Shown here: one piece after another, positions 35,931 to 45,751 of the stretch
Numbering within the stretch: the stretch's first letter is position 1
Layout of the letters: each line of letters starts with the position of its first letter
Assembly: GCA_041652815.1 (NCBI GenBank)
Contig: JBAZGN010000001.1
Span: forward strand, 445,855 to 509,854
DNA from: Candidatus Omnitrophota bacterium
Lineage (GTDB): Bacteria; Omnitrophota; Gorgyraeia; Duberdicusellales; 4484-171
DNA length: 64,000 bases
Direction: 5' to 3'
Notes under the pieces: model-generated
The model's database searches: none
Seen by the model: only the letters and a program-made list of their open reading frames with translations
Told to the model about the DNA's origin: nothing
Translations under genes and position numbers: made by a program

Positions 35931-36707
35931 ATGAATAATAAAATCGATATTTCCGTGATAATGCCTGCCTTAAACGAAGAAAAAAATATTCGTCCAGCCA
36001 TTAATAATACCCTTAAAGCCTTTGATGAGTTTAAAATAAATGGGGAGATTGTTGTCGTAAACGACGGTAGTGATGATAAAACAGAAGAAATTATTCTAGA
36101 ATTAAAGGAAAAAGAAAAACGCCTGAAATTAATTAAACATACAACACCTCGGGGGATAGGCGCGTCATTTTGGGAAGGCGTTGATTGCGCGTCAGGTGAC
36201 GCTGTAGTGATGCTTCCCGGAGATAATGAAAATGACCCGTGGGAAACTTTTCGCTATGCAAGTTTACTTAATCATGTAGATGCAGTCATTCCTTTTGTTT
36301 TTAACCGGCAAGTACGCTCCTTTTTTAGAAACGCTTTATCATGCGCTTATAGATTTATTGTAAATTCAACCTTTGGGGTTAATTTTAACTATACTAACGG
36401 CACTATATTGTATAGAAAATCAATTTTATCCGAAATAAATTGTAAAAGTACAGGCTTTTTCTTCCAGACGGAAATCCTTATTAAGGTTGCGAAAAGAGGC
36501 TATCTTTTTGCAGAAGTGCCTTACAGGTTAGGGTTGCGTCCGGAAGGAATATCCAAGGCTGTAACGTTCCCGTCTTTTCTGAAGGTAGCAAAAGGCTATT
36601 TAAGATTAGTAAAAGATATTTATTTTGATAAGAATGTGAAAGCGGAGCGCGGTAATTTTAGCAAGGATTCCCAATCGGCAAAAAGATACAATTCGATTAA
36701 TAATTAA
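35931..36707 (+). CDS. GT2 family glycosyltransferase (dolichyl/polyprenyl-phosphate sugar synthase-like)
   Basis: ISVIMPALNEE...VVVNDGSDD...LPGDNEND match GT-A DxD-type motifs. 258 aa with no C-terminal TM. Confidence 0.7.
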   Translation: MNNKIDISVIMPALNEEKNIRPAINNTLKAFDEFKINGEIVVVNDGSDDKTEEIILELKEKEKRLKLIKHTTPRGIGASFWEGVDCASGDAVVMLPGDNENDPWETFRYASLLNHVDAVIPFVFNRQVRSFFRNALSCAYRFIVNSTFGVNFNYTNGTILYRKSILSEINCKSTGFFFQTEILIKVAKRGYLFAEVPYRLGLRPEGISKAVTFPSFLKVAKGYLRLVKDIYFDKNVKAERGNFSKDSQSAKRYNSINN

Positions 36708-36716
36708 ATATTACAA

Positions 36717-37820
36717 ATGGCTGATTTAATATTAGACGGGCACAAATTGCTTTGGCATAAAAAGCGTCTTGAAATGTGGCTTCGCGGAGAGCGAATCGCC
36801 CCCATCACTATAGACTGCGCTTTAACTAGGGCTTGCACTTACAAATGCGTTTATTGCTATGGCCAACTTCAGTCTAATGACATAAAGAAAATGACCAAGG
36901 ATGTAATTTTTAGATTTCTTGACGATGCTGCTGAGATCGGCGTAAAAGCTATAAGCTTTGTAAGCGACGGAGAAAGTACCTGTTCGCCGCATTTGTATGA
37001 TGCGATATCAAGGGGAAAAAGCAACGGTCTTGATATGGCTCTTGGCACAAATGGCTATCTTCTTAAGGATGATAAATTAGGAGAGATATTGCCGGTTCTT
37101 ACCTATCTTAGATTTAATATATCCGCAGCTGATCAGTTGAGTTACGCGAAGATAATGGGTTGTAAAAAAGACTGCTTTGACAAGGTAATTGAAACAATCA
37201 AAAAAAGCGTAGCGATAAAGAAAAAAAATAAGCTTAAGGTTACCTTGGGGCTTCAAATGGTGCTTCTTCCTCAATTTGCCGACCAGGTTATTCCTTTGGT
37301 TAAGCTTGGCAAAGAACTGGGCGTTGATTATCTGGTGATTAAGCATTGCAGTGATGATGAAGCAGGAAGCCTGGGTGTGCAATATGATAAATATTTTGAT
37401 TTGGTGAATATCTTAAAAGAAGCAGAAAGATACTCCGATAACAATTATCTGGTAAAGGTAAAATGGTCAAAAATATTAAGCGGCGGAAAACGTAAATATT
37501 CCCGTTGCTTTGGCCCCGCCTTTATTATGCAATTTTCAGGTTCGGGTTTGGTTGCTCCCTGCGGAATGCTTTTTAACGATAAATACAAGAAGCATCATAT
37601 CGGTAATATTGCCGAAAAATCTTTTAAGGAAATCTGGCAGAGTGAACGTTATTGGCAGGTGCTTAACGGGATTGCAAGTGAAAATTTTAACGCCTGCACG
37701 ATGTGCGGTTCCCTTTGCCTGCAGCATAAAGTAAATGAGTTTTTATGGGATTTAAAAACCAAATCCGCAGCGCTAGATGCGCCTGTAGGCTTAAAACCAA
37801 TGCATTTAAATTTCATTTAA
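36717..37820 (+). CDS. Radical SAM protein with C-terminal SPASM/twitch domain
   Basis: CTYKCVYCYG (Cx3Cx2C) and a C-terminal Cys cluster (CFGP...C...CTMCGSLC). Confidence 0.75.
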   Translation: MADLILDGHKLLWHKKRLEMWLRGERIAPITIDCALTRACTYKCVYCYGQLQSNDIKKMTKDVIFRFLDDAAEIGVKAISFVSDGESTCSPHLYDAISRGKSNGLDMALGTNGYLLKDDKLGEILPVLTYLRFNISAADQLSYAKIMGCKKDCFDKVIETIKKSVAIKKKNKLKVTLGLQMVLLPQFADQVIPLVKLGKELGVDYLVIKHCSDDEAGSLGVQYDKYFDLVNILKEAERYSDNNYLVKVKWSKILSGGKRKYSRCFGPAFIMQFSGSGLVAPCGMLFNDKYKKHHIGNIAEKSFKEIWQSERYWQVLNGIASENFNACTMCGSLCLQHKVNEFLWDLKTKSAALDAPVGLKPMHLNFI

Positions 37821-37823
37821 TCT

Positions 37824-39332
37824 ATGGAAGACATTATATTTATAAATCCAAAGGCGGACGAACTGGGGCCCGTTGATTTTTTAGTGCCAAAGAGCGTTCC
37901 TCTGGGACTGGGGTCGCTCGCCGCTTATTTGATGGAAAAAAAATATAGCGTCAAAATAATTGACGAAGAGGTTGAAAGGTTAACGGTAAAAAAGATAAAA
38001 AAACTCACGCAAAACAGCCGGCAATTATTCGGCATCAGCTGCATGACGCCCACCGCAAGCCGCGGTTATGAGCTCGCAGATTTAATTAAATCAACATACC
38101 CTGATTCAACTATTGTTTTTGGAGGAATCCATCCAACCGTCCTGCCTGAGGAGGTCTTAAGCAACAAATCTATTGACCTTGTAGTTAAGGGCGAGGCTGA
38201 ACCGGTGATTGAGCGGATAGTTATTAACCATAAAAATGGTGCGGGATTTAAGGATATACCTTCTTGCTCTTATAGAGACGGCGCAAATTTTATCCATAAT
38301 CCAAGGGCCCCGCTAATTGACATAAATGTTTTGCCCGACATCCCGTATCATTTATTTGACCCAAAACTCTATGATATGGGTTTTGTTATATCTTCAAGAG
38401 GCTGCCCTTATAATTGTGTTTTCTGCAGCCAGCGCGCAATTAACGGAAATACTTATCGTTATCGGGCGACAGATAAAGTAATTAAAGAAATAGAAACATT
38501 AATTTCACTCTATAAGCCATCTAACATTGTTTTTTTTGACGACATTTTTACTCTTAACAAAAAAAGAATCCATGAACTTTGTAGCGGGATAATAGATAGG
38601 GGATTGAATTTGAAAGCCGAATTTACGATGGTGACTCGCGGAGATAGTATCGATGAAGATCTTTTGTGCAAGCTAAGAGCCGCTAATTTTACCGGGCTGG
38701 CTATCGGGGCAGAAACTGCCAGCGAAGAACTTATGAAAATGATTGATAAAAAGGAAACAGTTAAGGATGTCGTAAAAGGTATTACTTTAGCTAAACAGCA
38801 TGGGTTTTTGGTAGACGTAGTATTTATCTATGGCCTTCCCGGAGAAACAAGAGAAGATAGGGTCGCGGCATTTAGATTGGCGCAGGCGTTAGACGTAGCC
38901 AAGGCGCGTTTTAATAACGCAACGCCATATCCCGGCACCAGGCTATGTAATATTGCCAAAGATGAAAATAACCTTAATATAGTCGGCGCATGGAAAAATT
39001 TTACGCCGACCGGCGCTTTAGCTGCAGCGCGGCCTTTTAAATGGGTTTTGCCATATTACCCTAAAGGCTCAACGCAGCAAGACATAATTATGGATGTCAT
39101 CCAGGCAAATATGCTCTATTTTCTGCAGCCGCACCGCCTGCGCGTACTTATCAAAAACTCTATTGACCGCCGGGGCACAAAATGGCTGGTTTTACCCCCG
39201 AAATGGTGGCTTAGTATTCGCTATATTTATGGCCTTATCAGCGTAATTTTTATAAATTTAAGCAGGCTAATGCTATTGGCTAAGTGGGGGTTGCAGGGAA
39301 AACTTCTGATTCAATGTAAATACGACAAATAA
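37824..39332 (+). CDS. B12-binding domain radical SAM protein (class B)
   Basis: N-terminal cobalamin-binding Rossmann fold plus SSRGCPYNCVFCSQ radical SAM core. Paralog of 62363..63916. Confidence 0.8.
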   Translation: MEDIIFINPKADELGPVDFLVPKSVPLGLGSLAAYLMEKKYSVKIIDEEVERLTVKKIKKLTQNSRQLFGISCMTPTASRGYELADLIKSTYPDSTIVFGGIHPTVLPEEVLSNKSIDLVVKGEAEPVIERIVINHKNGAGFKDIPSCSYRDGANFIHNPRAPLIDINVLPDIPYHLFDPKLYDMGFVISSRGCPYNCVFCSQRAINGNTYRYRATDKVIKEIETLISLYKPSNIVFFDDIFTLNKKRIHELCSGIIDRGLNLKAEFTMVTRGDSIDEDLLCKLRAANFTGLAIGAETASEELMKMIDKKETVKDVVKGITLAKQHGFLVDVVFIYGLPGETREDRVAAFRLAQALDVAKARFNNATPYPGTRLCNIAKDENNLNIVGAWKNFTPTGALAAARPFKWVLPYYPKGSTQQDIIMDVIQANMLYFLQPHRLRVLIKNSIDRRGTKWLVLPPKWWLSIRYIYGLISVIFINLSRLMLLAKWGLQGKLLIQCKYDK

Positions 39333-39357
39333 TTATTCAATCAGGATTTTAAATAAA

Positions 39358-40854
39358 ATGAACACTTTTGGCAGAGAGAAATTTGTTACTTTTTTTTATA
39401 ACGATTATGAATCTCTTGGCATAGAATACATTTCAGCTGTTCTTAGGAAGGAAGGCGTAAAAACAAAACTGATTTATAAAAATCTTATAGATTATTACGC
39501 CTTTGATTCATCCAGGAAGATAGACGGGAAACTTTATCAAAAAATTGCTTCTGAAATATGCAGCCACAACCCCGACGTTTTAGCGCTATCATTATTGACC
39601 GATACTTTTAAGGCCAATATGCTTATTGCCAGTTTTGTTAAAGAGTTAAATCCTAAGATTAAGATATTAGCCGGCGGGGTTCATGCAAGTTTACTACCCC
39701 AATTGACCCTAAGTTACCCGCAAATCGATGCTATATCGATAGGGGAGGGGGAATTTTCGGTATTAGCTTATATGCAAAGCCTTGATGCCATCTATGGCGG
39801 CGAATTCCCCCTTTTAAAAGGCATCGTCTACAAGCAAAACGAAAGATTAATAGGAAGCTTTTTGGATTATACGATCAATGAAGAATTAGACAAAATTCCT
39901 TTCCCCGATAAGGATTTGTTTTACAACGAGGATCCGTCAATGAAGTCGCACTATTTTGTCCAATGCTCAAGAGGTTGTCCATTTGCTTGCTCCTTTTGCA
40001 TTAATGATTATTTGAATTCCAAGGTAGGAGGGAAACGGTTTCGTTACCGTTCTCCGGAAAATATAATAGAAGAACTCATGCTTGCTAAGCAAAAATATTC
40101 TCCGTCCTTTGTGGCGTTTCTGGATGAATGTTTTGGATTCGATAAGGAATGGATAACTAAGTTTCTTAATCTATATAAAGATAAAATTGCGCTACCTTTC
40201 TTGGCCTCTATACATCCTAATATAGTAACGCCGCAATTAGCGGATTTGATGCAAGATGCCAACTGTGCTTATGTGGCTATGGGTGTTCAATCCTTAAATG
40301 AGAATATATCCAAGACTGTTTTAAAAAGAAGTATAAAGCGGGATAAAGTAGCTAAGGCGATAGAATTAATTCGCTCAAGGAACATGATACTTCAATGCGA
40401 CCATATTTTTGGCATTCCCGGCGAAAACCGCAGCGACATGCTGGATACCTTGTCTTTTTACAATGAAAACCGCCCGAGCCTGGTGAGCGTATATTGGCTA
40501 AGTTTCTATCCGAAGGCATATATAACAGAGTTTGCCAGAGAAAAAGGTATTATTTCTGAGCAGGATATCGAAGATATTGAGAATGGGAAGATTTCTTCGG
40601 GAATAAAAAGAGTATACGGTTATTACGATATTAATTTCTGGATGAATTATTTTATTTTTCTCAATAAAAACTTCATACGCTGGGTTATAAATTCCGGTTT
40701 TTTGAGTCTTTTTAAAATAAAGAATATCTTTATTTCAAGCGCCTTCCCGCGGGCGCTTTTCGCGCTGTTGCATAAAAGAGATTGGAATAGATATTATATG
40801 AGAAGAGTTATTATGAAAAAAATAAACAATTTAAAGGTATGGGGGCCTTCTTGA
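39358..40854 (+). CDS. B12-binding domain radical SAM protein (class B)
   Basis: CSRGCPFACSFC cluster preceded by a B12-like domain, 498 aa. Confidence 0.75.
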   Translation: MNTFGREKFVTFFYNDYESLGIEYISAVLRKEGVKTKLIYKNLIDYYAFDSSRKIDGKLYQKIASEICSHNPDVLALSLLTDTFKANMLIASFVKELNPKIKILAGGVHASLLPQLTLSYPQIDAISIGEGEFSVLAYMQSLDAIYGGEFPLLKGIVYKQNERLIGSFLDYTINEELDKIPFPDKDLFYNEDPSMKSHYFVQCSRGCPFACSFCINDYLNSKVGGKRFRYRSPENIIEELMLAKQKYSPSFVAFLDECFGFDKEWITKFLNLYKDKIALPFLASIHPNIVTPQLADLMQDANCAYVAMGVQSLNENISKTVLKRSIKRDKVAKAIELIRSRNMILQCDHIFGIPGENRSDMLDTLSFYNENRPSLVSVYWLSFYPKAYITEFAREKGIISEQDIEDIENGKISSGIKRVYGYYDINFWMNYFIFLNKNFIRWVINSGFLSLFKIKNIFISSAFPRALFALLHKRDWNRYYMRRVIMKKINNLKVWGPS

Positions 40855-40861
40855 ATTCGTT

Positions 40862-42421
40862 ATGGCACAGTATTTAAAGTTACCGCAGCTGCATAGCCGC
40901 GTATTTCTTTACGGCATTGTTTTGATAATAATTATTTCCGGAACCTTAAAGATAAACCAAAATATAGCTAATAAAGGACAAGGCTATTTTGTGCTAAAAA
41001 ATATAGACCAGGCAAATGAGGCGGCCCGGCTTGGGTATATTAAATACGAGGTCAATGATTATGCTGAAGCTTTTGGTTTAAAATGGGAATCAAAGCCGGG
41101 AATTAGAAGAATAATTCGTTCCGGCCCGGACGATTTTGATGATATAGGCTATATATCAATGTTAGAATTAATCGCGCTTGGCGGCAAAAAGATGACGCTT
41201 GGGCTCGTAGAGCAATTGCATAATATCGTTTTTATACTTTCTCTGGTAATGCTTGCTTTTGCGGTAAGGAAACTGTGCAATAATATATTTGCCGGATGGT
41301 TATTTTTAATCTTAGCTTTAATATTTAAAAAAAACATTCTTTCCTTAGTCTACGGCTCGCCGGATAGCCGCACTTTCGTAATATCTTTTTCTTGCGCGGT
41401 AATGTTTATTATATTTTCATTAAATTGGCTAAAAAAATATTTTTTTACGGCTAAAGGATCAATGGCAATATTATTTTTCGGCATGATAGTCGGGATAATG
41501 ATGCTGTTTAGATCTTCCGAAGGGTTGGCGGCAACTTGTGCTATTTATTTTTGCATAATTTTTTTAAATGTTAAACTCCGGGAAAAAATTACCTCAGCGC
41601 TTATTATATTTTTAGGAATTTTTTTCGTGACGATTATATTACCTATAGGGTTTGCTTTGCATAGAGATATTAAAACAGGGGAATTTACAGGCGACCTTAA
41701 ACCTTATCTGCAGACCACCGGCCGGCACGCCGCATGGCATTCTCTTGTTGCGGGTTTAGGCAGATACCCCAATAGCTTGGGCATGAGATACAGTGATATA
41801 GTTTTGTATGATCTTGTTCGGGCTAAATACCCTAAAGCCATGCACCCTAAGCTTAATATTCAGGGAGAAGGATATTACGATGTTTTACAAAAAATTTATT
41901 TTCAATACGTCGCCAATCACCCTATTGAGTATATTAAAAATGTTGCTCAAGGATATCTTGAATTATTTTACGTTATACCCTATGTTACCAGTGTAGGGAA
42001 TCTACCCTGGTTTTATGGATATCTTCCAATAAAACCGGGAGTTATCCCTTATGAAAGAGATAAAGCTTGGAACGTAAATGGCCTTGTCTGTTTAAGGTTA
42101 TTTTATTTGCGGCTCAGTTCTACTGAATGGATAACATTTTTTCTTGCTTTTTTCAGCATTGCCGCTGCGGTTGTTTCGACGTTTTTTGGCGTCCCCGCGA
42201 AAACATACCGCGGTGTTTTTTTGGCAATTGTTTTTTATTTATTCTTACTTGCCACGCAGCGCGCCTTAATTCCTAATCATGGGCTAAACTTTATCGTTGC
42301 CTTTTGGATATTTTCTATCATATCTTTTCTATATATATGTTTTACTGATAATGTAGCAAGATATTTTTTCTGCCATAAATTAAAAGTTTTAATAAAAAAC
42401 TACAAAATTAGGAGATTATAG
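40862..42421 (+). CDS. Polytopic integral membrane protein (GT-C-like, uncharacterised), paralog of 48922..51021
   Basis: At least 10 predicted TM helices. Its periplasmic region resembles that of 48922..51021. Confidence 0.4.
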   Translation: MAQYLKLPQLHSRVFLYGIVLIIIISGTLKINQNIANKGQGYFVLKNIDQANEAARLGYIKYEVNDYAEAFGLKWESKPGIRRIIRSGPDDFDDIGYISMLELIALGGKKMTLGLVEQLHNIVFILSLVMLAFAVRKLCNNIFAGWLFLILALIFKKNILSLVYGSPDSRTFVISFSCAVMFIIFSLNWLKKYFFTAKGSMAILFFGMIVGIMMLFRSSEGLAATCAIYFCIIFLNVKLREKITSALIIFLGIFFVTIILPIGFALHRDIKTGEFTGDLKPYLQTTGRHAAWHSLVAGLGRYPNSLGMRYSDIVLYDLVRAKYPKAMHPKLNIQGEGYYDVLQKIYFQYVANHPIEYIKNVAQGYLELFYVIPYVTSVGNLPWFYGYLPIKPGVIPYERDKAWNVNGLVCLRLFYLRLSSTEWITFFLAFFSIAAAVVSTFFGVPAKTYRGVFLAIVFYLFLLATQRALIPNHGLNFIVAFWIFSIISFLYICFTDNVARYFFCHKLKVLIKNYKIRRL

Positions 42422-43222
42422 ATGCCTAAAAAGTCATCTATTCGCGCCGAAGATTACAATTTAGTTTCTTCTACAAGAAACGAGAAAGTATCTACCGATG
42501 CTATTGCCATAATCATTCCGTGTTATAACGAAGAAAAAAGGCTTAAAAGGGATGCCTTTGTGGATGAGCTTTCAAACTATTCCAATCTAACTTTTTTATT
42601 TGTAAACGATGGCAGTAAAGATAATACTTTATCAGTTATACAAAAAATATGTACCGTCAATCCCGAGAGGGCTTTATGTTTTTCGCTTGAGGCAAATAAA
42701 GGTAAAGCAGAAGCGGTAAGGCAGGGCATGCTTTATTTATTAGAAAAGGATAAATACGATATTATTGGTTTCTGGGACGCTGATTTGGCAGTACCACTTT
42801 CAGAAATTTGGGATTTTGTTGAAATTTTTAAGAAGAATTCGAATATAAAAGCAGTAATTGGCAGCCGCGTTCATCTTGCCGGCAGGTCAATTGAACGTGT
42901 GCACCTGCGACATTATTTTGGCAGACTGTTTGCCACTGTTGTTGATTTGACTTTTGACATTCATGTTTATGACACTCAATGCGGAGCTAAACTTTTTGAC
43001 AGTAGAATACTCGCTGCCGTAGCTAGAGAGCCTTTCTGTTCTCGGTGGATATTCGATGTAGAGATTATTATACGCATATCAAGGTTAATCGGAACTCGTG
43101 ATTGGTTATATGAGGTTCCGGTAGAGGAATGGAAGAATATTTCCGGGACAAAACGTTCTATTTCCGCTTACACCCAAGCCTTATTTGATTATATGAGTTT
43201 AATGATGGAGTATCGGCGTTGA
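42422..43222 (+). CDS. GT2 family glycosyltransferase (polyprenyl-phosphate sugar synthase-like)
   Basis: IIIPCYNEEKRL...FVNDGSKDNT...WDADLA, 266 aa. Overlaps the start of the downstream YfhO-like gene. Confidence 0.7.
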   Translation: MPKKSSIRAEDYNLVSSTRNEKVSTDAIAIIIPCYNEEKRLKRDAFVDELSNYSNLTFLFVNDGSKDNTLSVIQKICTVNPERALCFSLEANKGKAEAVRQGMLYLLEKDKYDIIGFWDADLAVPLSEIWDFVEIFKKNSNIKAVIGSRVHLAGRSIERVHLRHYFGRLFATVVDLTFDIHVYDTQCGAKLFDSRILAAVAREPFCSRWIFDVEIIIRISRLIGTRDWLYEVPVEEWKNISGTKRSISAYTQALFDYMSLMMEYRR

Positions 43223-45690
43223 AATTATTAAAAATTAATATATTTAGGTTGAAAAATTATCTTATCGCAAAATTTAATTTCCCTTTGGTTCTATTATTCC
43301 TGTTCCCTTTTTATTTTGCTTATAACTTATATCGCGGCAAGGTTTTCTTTTCGCATAATGATTTTGCGGGAATGTATTATCCTTTTCGGCAGTGGTTCCT
43401 TGGCCGCCTTATGAATTTTAAATTCCCCCTCTGGAATCCCTACTGGGGTACAGGCCATGAAGCAGTTATATGGTCTACGGTACCCCTTGACCCTTATACA
43501 TTTTTTGAACTTATTATAGGGCCTCAATATAGATACTTTTATCTTATACAATGCATGGCGCTTGTTTTAGCCGGATATTATATATTTAGAAAAATGAAAC
43601 TTGATTCATGGGCGGCAACAACATGTTCTTTGCTTTTCTTTTTGTCCCCTTTAATCACGTATTGGTATTTTGAATTTATCAATACCAATACCTTTATAGC
43701 GCATATGTTTACTTTTTTATTTATAATTAAATGGCTTGAAACGGGCAAATGGCGGTATGTTTTATTGATAGGCTGGTCATTCTTTTTGGGAATGTTTGGA
43801 ACAAAGTTAGAATTCTGGTTTTTTGAATTTATTTTTTTTACTTTATTACTGATAACTGCCTTTTTCGTCATAAAGCCCAAGAGGCCTTCAATGATTATTT
43901 TTGCCTGGCTGAGCATTTTAGTTGCGATTTTAGCACAAAGCTGGCAAATAAATCTTTTATTAAATGCATTAAGTAATTCCGGACGTATGCTTGTACCGCA
44001 CAGCTTAGCAAACCTTTTTTCTTTTGAATTATATAAGAATCTTTTTCTAAGCCTGAGCGATTCAGAACTAATTCCACTTACGCTGATTTGCGTTTTTGCA
44101 TTTATCGGGCTATACAACAGGTCTCGTTACCGCTGGGATTTTATTTTTTTAGGTTTAATCGTACTTTTTTTATTTAAATCTTGGGAATTCACCTTTTTGC
44201 CATTATTTCTACGTAGTCCCGTTTTCTTCGGTGCCTTACTTGCTTTTTTACTTTCAATTCGTAAAACCTCACAGAAACATTTGTTATCTGCCTGGATTAT
44301 TTTTATGCTTGGTGCTTACTATTGGTATAAACCGCTGGTTAATTTTGATGAGCTATATTTACTTCGCACAGCCCCGTTTCTTTTTAAATTAGTATGGGGA
44401 TTCTTTGTTTGGTTGGGATGCTTAGAAGCGCATAGCAATAAAATAGTTAGATGGGCATATCTGTCTATTTTTATAGTTTTTCTACTAGAAACTCAAGGGC
44501 AGATTATTTTAACTCACCTCTTTGGCCTTGTTTGGATTCCGGGACGGGACAATTATTTAATAGATTTTTCTTTTGTTCTTATGGCTGCCTTTGGGGTTAT
44601 GCGTAATTTTAGATTCAAATCAGTTATTTTAAAACTCGCCCCTTTTATTATCGTGTTCTCTGCATATAATAATTTATACTATACCCTGCCTCGTCAGTCA
44701 GTTCCGGGGTATGCAAACCCCCTGTTGCGCTCGGGACTCAATTACGATCCTTTTAAGGAAGTCCCGGACTTGAAAACAATTATCGAAAAATTTAGCTATA
44801 TACCTTATCGCAGAGCGCTTGACCCCGATATTGAAAAACAGCTTCCTCAAAACCAAGGGACATTTCTTCTTGAAAAAACAGATAATGTCACATTTTATGG
44901 CAGTATGAAACCATCGCGATATACTGAATTAGTAAATTTTTATAATTATGGTATTACCCCGGAAGATAAGATATCGGGTTATCCTTCGGTCTATTCAGAA
45001 AAAACAATCTCACGGCTTCCCAAATTAAAAACTAAAGGGTTTACTAATAATATAATTTATTATTTTACGGTTTGGACCATCCCGCCCTTAGATTCAGATT
45101 TACTTAAATTGCTGGGGGTGGACTATATTGTGACTAGAGATAATAATTTGCTGCTTTCGTCAGCGCAGAAATTAGGGCTTAAGAATATTACAAAATACGG
45201 AGATTTTAATGTGGCAGAGCTATCTGAAACGTTGCCGCGCTCATTTTTAGTCTCTAATGTAACTGGAGATAATTTTGATGATTTCAAAAATAATATGCGC
45301 CCCTCTATTAAATTAGAGAACCAACACTTATCGAGGGCATCAAATACCTATCTTGTTAAACCCGCACACATTCTTAAGTATGAACCCGAATATGTTGAAA
45401 TATCGGTAGAATCTTCTCGTGGAGGATATTTGGTTTTGACTGATATTTTTCATCCCTACTGGTCAGCTTTTGTTGACGGAAAGCTTACGGAGATTGTTCC
45501 GGCATTTTATGCTTTTCGTGCAATTAAGGTGCCCGACGGTATACATAAAGTCGAATTTCTTTGTAGGGTACCGCATTTTGCCGTAGCATCTTTCACATCG
45601 ATTACATTAGTCATAATATTTCTGATTGCAACCTTGTATCTCTGGAATAAAGAATATAATTTTAATGTCAGGCAAGCGCAGAAGAAATAA
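43219..45690 (+). CDS. YfhO-like polytopic membrane glycosyltransferase (GT-C fold) with C-terminal extracytoplasmic domain
   Basis: 823 aa with multi-TM N-terminal half and YYPFRQW...FPLWNPYWGTGHEA motif as in the YfhO family. C-terminal 300 aa are soluble. Confidence 0.5.
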   Translation: MKLLKINIFRLKNYLIAKFNFPLVLLFLFPFYFAYNLYRGKVFFSHNDFAGMYYPFRQWFLGRLMNFKFPLWNPYWGTGHEAVIWSTVPLDPYTFFELIIGPQYRYFYLIQCMALVLAGYYIFRKMKLDSWAATTCSLLFFLSPLITYWYFEFINTNTFIAHMFTFLFIIKWLETGKWRYVLLIGWSFFLGMFGTKLEFWFFEFIFFTLLLITAFFVIKPKRPSMIIFAWLSILVAILAQSWQINLLLNALSNSGRMLVPHSLANLFSFELYKNLFLSLSDSELIPLTLICVFAFIGLYNRSRYRWDFIFLGLIVLFLFKSWEFTFLPLFLRSPVFFGALLAFLLSIRKTSQKHLLSAWIIFMLGAYYWYKPLVNFDELYLLRTAPFLFKLVWGFFVWLGCLEAHSNKIVRWAYLSIFIVFLLETQGQIILTHLFGLVWIPGRDNYLIDFSFVLMAAFGVMRNFRFKSVILKLAPFIIVFSAYNNLYYTLPRQSVPGYANPLLRSGLNYDPFKEVPDLKTIIEKFSYIPYRRALDPDIEKQLPQNQGTFLLEKTDNVTFYGSMKPSRYTELVNFYNYGITPEDKISGYPSVYSEKTISRLPKLKTKGFTNNIIYYFTVWTIPPLDSDLLKLLGVDYIVTRDNNLLLSSAQKLGLKNITKYGDFNVAELSETLPRSFLVSNVTGDNFDDFKNNMRPSIKLENQHLSRASNTYLVKPAHILKYEPEYVEISVESSRGGYLVLTDIFHPYWSAFVDGKLTEIVPAFYAFRAIKVPDGIHKVEFLCRVPHFAVASFTSITLVIIFLIATLYLWNKEYNFNVRQAQKK

Positions 45691-45751
45691 TATGAAAAGG
45701 CCCCTTTACTTTATAGATTATATTAAAAACGAAAAGATAAAATAGGGTAGT

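Noticed and set aside
37510-37734. ORFs 37510..37734 (+) and 37536..37727 (-) within the 36717..37820 radical SAM gene
   Set aside because: They are alternative-frame or antisense ORFs inside a gene whose frame carries clear CxxxCxxC and SPASM motifs.
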